Notes under the pieces: generated by a model
What the model was told of the DNA's origin: nothing
The model's input: the letters and a program-made list of their open reading frames with translations, nothing else
The model's database searches: none
In this document: positions 37,447 through 48,612 of the stretch, piece by piece
How the letters are laid out: each line of letters begins with the position of its first letter
How positions within the stretch are numbered: the stretch's first letter is position 1
DNA from: Utricularia gibba
Taxonomy: Eukaryota > Plantae > Magnoliophyta
Direction: 5' to 3'
NCBI GenBank assembly: GCA_002189035.1
Contig: NEEC01000010.1
Coordinates: 3,162,001-3,226,000 of the forward strand
DNA length: 64,000 nt
Made by a program: the position numbers and the translations under genes

Positions 37447-39447
37447 ATGGCGGCTCAGTGCAAATTTTGGCTTCCAAAGAAGAGGAGATTCTGCGCGAAT
37501 ACTCCCCTCGCTGATTCTGTGTAAGCTTCTTCATTTGTGTTCGTCTTCTCTTCGGAAACCCATCAATTCTTCTTTCTAACATGGCTGTGTTGAGATCTTC
37601 AAACTTTCAGATACTGTGGGAATCACACGCAGAGGTCTGATGCAGACTGGATCCCATGTCCAATTGATCCTTCGCAGTAATGAAACCTTGCTTTACTGTA
37701 AACTATCTTGCGACCCCTCTATTCGTTCTGCTACGATAGCCTTTATTTGTAGCCCATTATCTTAACAGCTGTGTGCTGGAGGAAAATCTAAGGTGCCACC
37801 TGAAAAGATGTCCACTGCTGAAACAGTCCCAGTTTCTTAGTCGTCAACCATTCTATCGCAAGGGCATTAATTCTGGCGGAGGAGAAGGGGCAGATGAAAT
37901 TGCAGCTACTTTTACCTCTGAAATGAAAAGGAACATGATCTATGCAATGCCTGTTCCCCAGTTCTTGGAATTGGTGGCGAGGATCAAGGCATGCCATGCT
38001 TCGCTCCTCTGTGATTCTATTCCAGAGTCATATATCACTCCGGAGGCTTGTGGTGTTTGGATCAACAGAGAAGTAGACAGGTAGCTGTCAAGAATGGACC
38101 TTTAATGCCTACAGGGTTTCAATGTATTGCCCCAATGAAAGTGGAGGGAAAATTCATTGGTTTCAGGAAGTTTCCTTACCAAGAGAAGCACGTTCTGCAA
38201 CAAGCATCCATTCTTGGGAATCTGGAAGCACATGGGGCGTTGAAAGATCGTTGTAATGGTCCCTCAGCAAGTGAACAGAGCAGCCAGTGGGGAGATTGTG
38301 ATATCTCTATGGTAGTCGAGTTCGGTGCCGGGAGAGGATACTTGGCACAGATGCTTGCAGACTGCTATGGGATCAAGAAGGTGTTACTGGTGGAACGCAG
38401 GTCCTACAAACTGAAGGTCAGAGCTTAGAGCTAACCATTCACTGCGTTTCTTTGATCCCAACTTTCCACAATTTGAGTGCATCCTGTAGGCCGACCGGAG
38501 CCTGCGGCAGAAGGAAAACTTACAGTTAGAGAGATTGAGAATTGATAGTAAGGTTTTCATTGAAAATGGTGTGCTAAGGCAATCTAGCTTACCTGATAGT
38601 TGATTTGGGTGATGATGTGCTGCATTGCAGTTGAAGACCTTGATATAAAAGCTGTGGAGTCGTTGCAGGAACACACTACGCTGCAGTCGGCAAGCATCTT
38701 TGCGGTCCAGCAACAGGTACTTGAATGCTCTCTGTGTTTGCCTCATAGACCATTGTGTTGAATGTGATGCAGTTTCTTGTAGATGCCACTCTTCGATGCT
38801 GCTGCTGCCCTCAGCAACCTTCTAGTGAAACTTCATGTTGCCGGTTAAGAGGCTTAGCTGTTGCTACATGTTGCCATCATCTCTGCCAATGGAGAACTTA
38901 CATTAGTAGTGTTTTCTCCTTTTGATGCTTTGGCTGCACTGGTGAACCATGGCTTATCAGAGTATTCATTACTCCCTCTGCAGACAAGAAGTTCATGTCA
39001 GAGATGGGATTCACAAAGGAGGAATTCCATGCTCTTTCTTGGTTCACTAGTTGGGCAGTTGATTCCGATCACGGCGGCTCTGAACCTTGTTTGCAAGATT
39101 CCTCAACTCTTCATGAGACAGTGTATGCTTCATTTTCTGTTTGAACTTTGTGTTCCATTGACGAAGATGCTGGGCATTGCAGGGCCGTGGAGACGAAGAT
39201 GGCGTCTGAAGAAGGCGGGGTTGATGGCGTCGTGAGAAATATGCAGTGCGTAGAGCGGGCTGTTCTGGGGAACATGTGCAAGGATATCATTGACACCGGA
39301 AGGGTGATGTGGATGAGGGAGCAAGGATTCAAATGCCGGCTTGTGAAGTACGTTCCGTACAACGTTTCACCGGAAAACCGTCTCTTGGTCGGGCTGCCGG
39401 CCGCCGCCGCCGTGAATGATGGTGGAAGTTCATTTCTCCAGGGATGA
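37447..39447 (+). CDS. TRM13: tRNA:m(4)X methyltransferase TRM13 homologue, multi-exon, apparent -1 frameshift at 38668-38669
   Basis: Zinc fingers CKFWLPKKRRFC and CPIDPSH, VEFGAGRGYL, GKHLCGPATD (in frame only if GG at 38668 is GGG), ATCCHHLC, SPENRLL. Confidence 0.9.
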
Positions 39448-39597
39448 GGAAGCTGGAGATGGAAAGTGGTCCCAGTCTCCCGATAAGGCCAATGATTATC
39501 ATGGAATGATTTCTCGAATCTCCGAATTTTCAGCTTCCTTATCCGTTTGCATTCTCACATTTATTTATATGCACTGAAGCCATCACCGGCGGCACCC

Positions 39598-41541
39598 ATG
39601 GACCCTTCCGGAACAATCGTTTACTCCACCGTTGGGCGGCCTTTCTACGGCTTCGACGTCTTCTGTACCCCCTTGCAACCCCCCAACTCGGAAAATGCCG
39701 AGCGGCGCCTCACCGACGGCATCTCCGTCAATTACAACGGCTACTTCGCCGGCGACGATGAAACCGTTGTTTATATTTCTGAAAGAAGTGGATCGTCACG
39801 GGTTTTCATCAATCGCTGTGGAGAGGAACCCCAGGAATTCGATTTCCTAAAAGAGAGTCTCTTTGCTGATCGCCCAATCATCCACCGCGATCGTCTGTAT
39901 TTCATCTCGGCACATCAGCCGCCGGAAAAGCCGTTCAGGAGCTGGTCCGCGCTGTACTCCACCGGGGTCGGTGGAAATCGGGAGTTGGTAAGGTTAACGC
40001 CTTATGGGCACGTTGATTACAGTCCGGCGATCTCGAAATCAGGAGATCTGATTGCTGTGGCTTCGTACGGAGATCGTCCCTGGGGCGGAGAGTTTCATGA
40101 ACTGCAGACTGACATCGTTGTTTTCCGAGTTTCCGATCCTGGGCGCCGGATTCTTGTATGCCAGCACGGTGGTTGGCCGTCGTGGTGCGGCGATTCTCTT
40201 TTATATTTCCATCGTCAAGCAGAAGACGGGTGGTGGTCAATTTTCAGGGTTGATTTGCCCGATGACTTCATGTCCACCGGCGACACACTTGCACCAGCTC
40301 GCATCACGCCGCCAGGGCTGCACTGCTTCACACCGGCGGCGACGCACGACGGAAGAAAAGTCGCTGTTGCGACCAGGCGGAAGGGGAAGAGTTACCGTCA
40401 CATTGAGGTATTTGATTTGGAGTCCCGTGAATTTTCTCCGGTGACGGAACTGCAGAATCCCAATTTCCACCATTACAATCCGTTTGTGTCCCCGGAATCC
40501 ACACTTGTTGGTTATCATCGTTTCAGAGGGAAGAACGCCTCCACCAGCGGTTGCGACTCCACTGTTCCCCACCTCGAGTCAGTCGCTAGTCCCATTCAAA
40601 GTATCCGAATGCTCAGAATCAGCGGCTTTTTTCCTGCCTTCTCACCTTCCGGCGATCTCATCGCGTCCAACCACACTCTTGGAGGGAATATTGCTCTGGA
40701 CATCATCAGATCTGATGGTTCGAAGAGATGGACGTTAGTGAAGAATCGCGTATCCTTCTACATTTCATGGAGCCCAAGCGATGACAACGTCATCTTCACA
40801 TCGATTGGGCCGATATTCGAATCCGCCGCCGGGACTGTGCAGATAGCTCGAGTGACATTCAATCCGGCCGATCTTTCCGATGATATCGACGAGATTCCAG
40901 TGGACATAAAAATCCTGACTAAAGAAGGCACTGGAAACAACGCATTCCCTTCCTGCTCTCCCGACGGCAAATACGTGGTATTTCGATCAGGCAGATCCGG
41001 CCACAAAAACCTCTACATAATCGACTCCTTTGACGGCGAGCATGGCGGAGAAATCCGCCAATTAACCAACGGACCATGGATCGACACTATGCCGAGCTGG
41101 TCGCCTGACGGAAAAATGATAGCATTCTCTTCAAATCGGCACAGACCGGAAAACAGCGAGGTGTTTGGAATATACCTGATCCGACGAGACGGAACGGGGC
41201 TCACGCGGATTACAATCGCCGGATTCGATGAAGAACGGGAGAGACTGAACCATGTATGCTTCAGCGCCGATGGGGAATGGCTGCTCTTCACGTCCAATTT
41301 GGCCGGAGTTACTGCAGATCCAGTGAGTCTCCCCAACCAGTTTCAGCCATACGGCGACTTGTACCTGGCGCGGATCGACGGCAGTGGGTTGCGGCGGCTG
41401 ACTTTCAACGGTTACGAGAATGGTACGCCGGTGTGGTACCCGAAAACGCTTCCCCGAGCTTCAGAGATCAAGAAGGGGAACGACGAGGATGAGCTGGATG
41501 GTCAATTCGTGGAGCCCCACTGGCTTGTATGTGATTTCTGA
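39598..41541 (+). CDS. TolB-like / DPP6 N-terminal beta-propeller protein, single exon, about 647 aa
   Basis: Intact ORF with repeated PD40-type motifs (YSPAISKSG, AFPSCSPDGKYVVFRS, MPSWSPDGKMIAFSS, FSADGEWLLFTS). Confidence 0.9.
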   Translation: MDPSGTIVYSTVGRPFYGFDVFCTPLQPPNSENAERRLTDGISVNYNGYFAGDDETVVYISERSGSSRVFINRCGEEPQEFDFLKESLFADRPIIHRDRLYFISAHQPPEKPFRSWSALYSTGVGGNRELVRLTPYGHVDYSPAISKSGDLIAVASYGDRPWGGEFHELQTDIVVFRVSDPGRRILVCQHGGWPSWCGDSLLYFHRQAEDGWWSIFRVDLPDDFMSTGDTLAPARITPPGLHCFTPAATHDGRKVAVATRRKGKSYRHIEVFDLESREFSPVTELQNPNFHHYNPFVSPESTLVGYHRFRGKNASTSGCDSTVPHLESVASPIQSIRMLRISGFFPAFSPSGDLIASNHTLGGNIALDIIRSDGSKRWTLVKNRVSFYISWSPSDDNVIFTSIGPIFESAAGTVQIARVTFNPADLSDDIDEIPVDIKILTKEGTGNNAFPSCSPDGKYVVFRSGRSGHKNLYIIDSFDGEHGGEIRQLTNGPWIDTMPSWSPDGKMIAFSSNRHRPENSEVFGIYLIRRDGTGLTRITIAGFDEERERLNHVCFSADGEWLLFTSNLAGVTADPVSLPNQFQPYGDLYLARIDGSGLRRLTFNGYENGTPVWYPKTLPRASEIKKGNDEDELDGQFVEPHWLVCDF

Positions 41542-41679
41542 GTGGTTTATTTCGGGTTAGTCATTGAATAAAATGGGGCTTGGCGTGTACTTAAGAACTA
41601 ATTACTATTTCAATAAAAATAAATAAATAAGTAGCTTATCTCTTTATTTGGCGGATATCCAGGGAAACAGGCGGACGGC

Positions 41680-42590
41680 ATGATGGCCGCCACCGCCTTC
41701 TCGAAAACGGCGGCGGCGTGTTGCTCGCAGAGAGATGAAGTATTCGTGGCCGCAATCCCGCTACGAGCGCCCCGGGGGCCGGCGCAGCTACTCTTCCGCA
41801 CTGCGTATTCTCTCGATTCTTGGAGTTTGCAGCATTACATGGTCATCGTGAAGCCCTCGTCTCCTCGTCCACTCCATCCCGGTTCAGTAAGATCCTGATC
41901 TAGGTTTTCTTTATGAAGGGGGATTTGCGCAATTGAATAGCATAACTAGAGGATTGTGGCGTATCTGCTTGACCTGTGTAATTCTTTTTCGTTGGTATTC
42001 CTCGCTATGAAGAAGAGCCGTCGAATTCGATCTCTCTTCTGCACTCCTGTTCACTGCTCTTCGCCGTCTGCTTTTCTGAAAATGGCGTTCCTGTAGGTTG
42101 TCGCTTACGACTTCCAGCCGCAAGACCCTGAGAGCATAGCAGCGGCCGTGGCTGTGCTGACTGGTATGAAAGTACCAGGTATTTGCATCGCTGCAAAGGA
42201 ATACGCAATTTTCATGAACATCCCAGCTTGTATGAATATGCGCTCCCTAAGGCATGGGATCATGTGCATTTGGCTGGCAGGAGTTATCCTGGAGAGACAG
42301 TTGGAGAAGCTTCCAAAGAGGAAATGCTGGTTCGTTGGTAACTCCAAGGGCGATGCTGTGGGAGCTGCTCAGAGATTCAATCACGGCTGGGAGACTGGTC
42401 TGAGGGTTGGCCAACACGACTGCAGAAATTACTCCCAAGGTACAATATATATACATCACTTCCTTGGCACATAATATGGTTAACAAGGTAACGCAACTAA
42501 CAAAGTTTTTCTTTGGTGGAAGAGCTTGTAGAGTGGTTGACAGGCAGGGAATTCAGGTTGGAGGATCTGAGGAGAGGCAACAATGGGTAG
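41680..42590 (+). CDS. Conserved plant protein of unknown function, 4 exons
   Basis: Spliced frame: LQHYMVIV..., YDFQPQDPES, LPKRKCWFVG, FNHGWETGLRVGQHDCRNYS, ELVEWLTG...*. GT-AG junctions keep the frame. Confidence 0.7.
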
Positions 42591-42794
42591 TTCGTTTCCT
42601 GGTTGGGTGTGATTCTTATGCATAGGAAGACCAAGGGAATGTTGCGGCTTGCGGTTGAAACCTTTGTATGGATCAAGAGCTGTGAAGTTCAACAGGCACG
42701 CATAATGCAGAATGATATACATACAGAAGTTGATGAATATACAGCATACAATTGCATTCACAGTTGTTGCGAGTGTACTAACAGGCATGGCGCT

Positions 42795-43948
42795 TCAGGC
42801 GCAACCGAAGGTTTTTTCACTGCTGTAGCACATGTAGAGAAACCCATCATCGTCGTGGTGGTCCTTATAAATGGACTCGATTGAGCTCGCTGCAAAGCCC
42901 AGCGGAAAGGCATACAACAACCATTAGGCAAATGATCAGAATCCATGCCAGACTACTGTAAAAGCAGAAGAAATTGTGGAGAGATGTGTACATGTTTGTG
43001 GCAATGTGTTGTTGACAAAGACAAAGATGGCTTTCCCAGGGTCCAGATGGAGCCGGCCGCTCAGGATGTGGATGAATTGGCCGATACTCATGTCGCGTGG
43101 CACCAGGAACCTACAGCAAAACCAGTCAATACATGTAAAGAATTTCGTACTGCAAACATGGTAACTCATGAAAAGCAACTGTGGATGACTAGTTAGAATA
43201 GTGTTTGCAAATGATTCATCTTCGTTAACAAAGAAATTGAGGCAAATCTAGTGTAACATCCCAGTATTTTTGGTTCTACTTCTGGTACAGAAACCGATTC
43301 AGAAAATTAGCAGTGTGTGTGTGTGAGTCTATGTTTTGTGGAGATTTACAGAGGAACTCACTTTCTCTTCTCCATCTCCGGAAGATCAGATTTCGTGTAC
43401 CTCTCAGCTACCACCTGCAAAAGCCCCATCAACGAGATTCTGGGTGAAAAAACCTACACTATACGCAAAGGATGAAAATGAAACCCTCAACCTCAATCTA
43501 CATACCATTGACGAAGAAGATTATTCATTTCTTTTCTTCAATAAAGAGAACAATGAAAAAACGAGGCATCATATTAGAAATGGAGAAAACGGATATTACA
43601 AACATTTCACTCTCATACCGCCATGTTTGATCTTCCGTCCGAGGTTCACAAACATACGAATCTCATATCTAACTACTAATTACTCCAGATTTGCAAGTAT
43701 TCCAAATCCATACCGGCACTCGAAGAATATCGAAAGATCGAGGAAAACAAAAAACCGATCGAGAAAGAAACGTACAGGGAGCCGATCGGGGTACTTCGCG
43801 ACTATGTCTCTTGATTCTCGCAGCCGTTGCTCTGAAAATTGAGAAATCACGGGATTAGGATGGATGAGTCGAATACGCAGATCTACTAGAGCTGCTAATT
43901 ACCCAACGAGAACTCTTCCTTGAAGGCGAGCGACTTAGCTTTCCCCAT
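42795..43948 (-). CDS. ATG8I: Autophagy protein ATG8, h/i clade, 5 exons
   Basis: FKEEFSLEQRLRESRDIVAKYPDRLP, FLVPRDMSIGQFIHILSGRL, DGFLYMCYSSEKTFG(CA*). Confidence 0.93.
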
Positions 43949-44289
43949 ACCGATCGAAGAGTTACCGACAATTTGATCGGAGCGGCGATCTTCCAAAATG
44001 GGTCTCCGCGAGGAATCGAGAGAATGATTCCCAGCACCGCACGCCAGAATTTAAACGTAATAGTTATATAGACATTTCATTTTCGTCCACACGCCGACGA
44101 AAATAAAATAAAATAATAAAAAAAAAAACACGACAGACGAATCTCTTCATCTCCAAAAGAGCTGAGCCACAGAAAGCTCTTCTTTTTTCTGGCAAACTAT
44201 TTTTTTGGGAAAATTAAAATAGAAGAAGGGATGAATATTTTCGTATTTTCTGGCGATTTTTACCTACAGCTACAAATCCGTCCGTACAT

Positions 44290-45893
44290 TCAGTTGTCAT
44301 CATCGCTGCTGTACGAGAGCAAAGCGCTCAGAGCAGACTGCTGGTGTCCGCCTTCAGGAACAGCTGCTGCATGGGAATCCAAAGCCCCCCCTTCTTCTAC
44401 TTTGGCTTTCTTTGCTTGGGGCTTTACTGTCACAAGCAAGCCGGGCAATGGACCGCGTCCACGGCGTTGGCTTTTAGGTGCGGACTCTTTATCCTGCAAA
44501 AGGAATGAGGCACTGGTATCAGCAGTCTCATGCAGGCAGGGAAAAGGGCAGAGATCATTGCGCGACAAGAACGGACTTGGAAATGGGATATGGACTTCAA
44601 ATCATGAGCGGGAAGTGTATGATAACATGATAAAAACCTCGAGTTTTGGAAGTGAAGTGGGCTGCTCCCTTATCTCGTGCACAGTGCTCGATTGTGATGC
44701 CAAAGCAGCCTGAAACCAAACATGAATTGGGTTGTGCCTGCACAGTTCATTGTGAAGGTAGGTATCTGAGATGCACCTTGAAAGAACGTAGTTGTTCCTC
44801 TTCATCTTCTGCCAGTTGCCGTTCATGTTGTTTCCTAGACTGCATGAAGGACACAAAAAACTGTCAGGGGGGAGGGGAGATCATAGAAGAATCTCATACG
44901 ATATAGGAGCAAGCTATTTTCATAGCGCCTGCCTATAGTTTTTTAAGCTCAAATTGCCCTACTGTGCTTTACGAGTTGCATCTTCATCAAAAAAGCATCA
45001 AAATGAGACTCGGGAGTAAGCAGCATAGGCATATTCTCAAGTACGAGAAAGGGAAACTGGTTTCACACATACACTCAACACCAACGAGATCAAACACCGA
45101 GAAATTCAATAGCGAATACAGACTCACGGATTCCAAGTTCTCTAGAAACTCTAACTCATCTTCATCCAGGGCTTTGGGTGGTCCTGCAGCAGAACAATCC
45201 TTCAAATGAAACAATAAGCAAGATCCTCAAATACCAAGCGTATCCTGTCTTAAATTATCACCTCTATTAGTAATTTATTTTCCACAAGGCATGATGTATA
45301 AAATACAGCAAGGTGTATAAACAATAGCAAGTACATGGAAGTAAAATTCTAGATGGCTCGGACTTAGTCTGCGTGGCCGTATAACCAGAAAATAGATAAA
45401 GAGCTCACTGTGCTTGAAGCGCTCATTGAACTCAGCATCCTTCTTATCCTTGTTCTCTTTCAGAATCTGCATTTTACATGAGGGCAGAAAAACTCAAGAA
45501 TGTGTTTCTAATTGGTGACAAAAGAAGTGATAACTTCAGAAAGCTAGTCATACGTCACGAAGTTTCCGGTAAAAAAAACTCAAGGAACGCACCACCGTAT
45601 ACGGAATGCCAGCAATCTCAAATAAATAAAAAAACCGCATCACAAAAATAAATAGACCTCGTAAAGGGACCTATCTCTCTGGGCAGTACCATCATCGACT
45701 CTGGCTCCCCTGGTCCGCCGAGCTTCTTCCAACTAAAACATATTCAGAATGTTACCGCTGAACTCCGGGAAACAGCCAAAGTATAAACAATCAAATACAT
45801 CACGATCGATGCCTGTCAACATCTAGGTATAACCTGGTGCTGCGAAACGAAATCCATCAGCCTCGTCGGCGGCGGTAAGTCCCCGTCCGCCAT
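44290..45893 (-). CDS. FAM192A/NIP30 (PSME3-interacting protein) homologue, 7 exons
   Basis: FVSQHQLEEARRTRG...DGTAQRDRSLYEILKENKDKKDAEFNERFKHRPPKALDEDELEFL, ending LLSYSSDDDN*. Confidence 0.88.
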
Positions 45894-46706
45894 TCTCAAC
45901 AGTCAGCGGCCAATTTTGGAGAGGGAACCCTGATTCTCCAGAAGCACTGGCGCCGGAAGAAACCGTTGCCGCCTTCCGCTCACGGTCCGCACCTGCTTTC
46001 TTGATTAGTCGATTTACGGATTTCCGATCCCTGTTTACCTTTATTTTCATTTATACAATTTTCAGATATTTTTATCGCCTAACCTCCTTTTCATAATCAC
46101 TGTTTAAAACAGTTTTTTCACTAATAAAAATATAGAAAAAAGAAGGGTATTTATTATTCTACTAACTAAATAACCTTCCCGAAAGAATTTGAATCATTTC
46201 CTATCCGTTAATCAAAGTGGAGTAGAACCGGTGAACCACCCGACCCGATTGAATTCAGTATCGCTCTTTGTTGGGCAGGTTACAAATTTCATAGCACAAG
46301 GCACGCAGGTTCCCAAACATCATCACCAGACTCAAGGGGAAGTTCATACAAGTCACATACATTTAAATGAAACAAGAGGTTTATTATTCAAACTGGGTGT
46401 AGTGAGTGGATCCGGTGACGGTCATCTCCTACCTACAGAAGTCTTGCCGGAGTACGGATGACGCATGGCTTTGATTCATGCTTTGGCTCCGACATCACTG
46501 CATCGCCCAGAGATCAATCATCGTTGCTGAACACAAGAAGCTGCAGGAAGGGGAAGGAAGCATTTTATTCACAAGAAAGGAGCTGCCATAGCAAATGGCA
46601 TCAACCATGATTGCTTGAATGTCATGTAGAGGCACAACCATGGCTGCAAGCAAGCATACTGCAACGAAGATAATGCATAGTAGCTCAGTTTAGTTATGCT
46701 TACCTC

Positions 46707-48071
46707 TTACTCACTCCTGAGCTTCTTGCAGTCTACTCCATCTTCGACAAGCTGAAGGATGGCATCTTTCAACTTGTTGTAGTCATCGAGGGTGTTGTAG
46801 ACTTGATGGGAAATCCTGACGAACCCCGTCACAGGGCCTTTGGCATCTGTCGGTTCAATTATACCGTCTCTTGGTAACTGAAAATGTATGGGTACTTCAA
46901 CGCTGAAATGGTCTCTCAAATGCGTTCTTAAGCACAGTGCATCCTGAGCAGAAAAAATCTTCAATTTTGAAGGCAACCCAACCATCGCCATGCTATTACA
47001 CATCTCTGGAGGTGACCCGAGGCTAGTTCCCCAAGCCTTGGCCAACATTTGGCCCATTTCGACAACCTTTTCGTGGTTTCGTTTCTGAATCCCATCAATA
47101 CCACCTTCAAACTTGTTGACAAAGTCTAGAGCTTCAGGTATAACTAGCTGAGAGCTGTAGTCTCTGGTTCCAATCCATCCGCTCTCTATGGCCAGTCCAT
47201 TTCCATATTCATGGGAGACAACAGGGTGGTGTAAATCGGATACGTTCGACTTCCGGCAATACAAAACTGCAACTGAAGGAGGGCAGAAGAACCACTTGTG
47301 CAAATTGCTAACGTAGAAGTCAGCACCCACTTCCTTAACATCCACATGAATATTCCCTATAGTGTGTGCAGCATCTACGAATACCTTTTCAACACCTTCA
47401 TCTCTACAGATTTGAACGATTTCACGAACAGGAATCACAACGCAAGGCATGGATGTTATATGGTCAATGATCGCTAACCTTATTTTCATCCCACTAGCCT
47501 TACCCTCGGTCAATACCTTGCGAAACTCATCGATGATTTCTTCGTTGGAATTCACAGGAAACGGAAGGTCAACCACAATCACAGATCCCCCGGCACGTGT
47601 AACGTACGCCTCAATCGACTTCCGAACAGCCTGATAAGCACAGTGGAACATGACAACGGCGTCGCCCTTCTGAAAACGGCCCTCGGCGAAAGCCCATCCG
47701 ACATGCTGAAGTACAATCGCGGCGCCGGTGGTAGCATTATCGACGATGGAAATCTCGTCAACGTGATCCGCATTAATCAGATCCTTGATTAAATGACGCG
47801 AATTGAGAATTTGGGGCTGGAGGTTATTGTAGACGAAATAGTCCGGCTGAGCAAGGAATCGGAGCTGCCAACGCCTCTGAGCCTCAAGTATGGAGGCCGG
47901 GCAGCTACCGAAGCTGCCATTATTCAGGCGAGCGACGCCAGGCTGGTGGTGAGCGAACTCCTCACGGATTTCCGATTCCGTTATGATTGAGAGCTTGGGC
48001 TTCTTCGAGGCGCGGCTGTTGTAGCCGTTCGTCTGGGCGAGCGGCTCCTCCGCCAAGCCGGAATTGTTCAT
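46707..48071 (-). CDS. LCD: L-cysteine desulfhydrase (PLP-dependent, class V), single coding exon
   Basis: RLNNGSFGSCP, IVDNATT, IDHITSMP, VFVDAAH, SNLHKWFFCPP (PLP lysine), WIGTRDYS, RISHQVYN. Confidence 0.95.
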   Translation of the reverse strand: MNNSGLAEEPLAQTNGYNSRASKKPKLSIITESEIREEFAHHQPGVARLNNGSFGSCPASILEAQRRWQLRFLAQPDYFVYNNLQPQILNSRHLIKDLINADHVDEISIVDNATTGAAIVLQHVGWAFAEGRFQKGDAVVMFHCAYQAVRKSIEAYVTRAGGSVIVVDLPFPVNSNEEIIDEFRKVLTEGKASGMKIRLAIIDHITSMPCVVIPVREIVQICRDEGVEKVFVDAAHTIGNIHVDVKEVGADFYVSNLHKWFFCPPSVAVLYCRKSNVSDLHHPVVSHEYGNGLAIESGWIGTRDYSSQLVIPEALDFVNKFEGGIDGIQKRNHEKVVEMGQMLAKAWGTSLGSPPEMCNSMAMVGLPSKLKIFSAQDALCLRTHLRDHFSVEVPIHFQLPRDGIIEPTDAKGPVTGFVRISHQVYNTLDDYNKLKDAILQLVEDGVDCKKLRSE

Positions 48072-48612
48072 CCTCCCCGACAAAAACTTATGGCTGCCTA
48101 GCTAGGGCTTTTGACTCCCCCTCTGTGTTTGCAAGTTGCAATTGCTCCATTTATCCCACAGATGCTACCTTCGCTACACGCTCACTCAGATATTTTTATC
48201 CCCCTTTGAGAGATTATTTATGTCACACGGAGCCACCGGTTTTGGTAAATTTATATCTGAAATTCATTTTGGGAAATGCCATTTTTGCTTTCATTTCTTC
48301 TTTTAATAATTATTTCAAATTAAAAAATAATTAATATATATATTTTTACAAATATATATTTAAAATAATATTACATTTAATAGATATATTTATAACAATA
48401 AATAAGTAAAATTTACATGGGAATAATTTTTGAAAAAACACACTTGAAGAAATTATCAATACACGAAAATATTTCAATATAAATGTTCATCATTCAGGGA
48501 GATGAATGAATGCAACAGTATGTATCCTTGCGGATGAGCAGCCATAAACAGGGCTGTCTTTTTAGACAAAGCCACATACCTTTTGTTTTTCTTACCCTTT
48601 GTTTCCTTGCTG

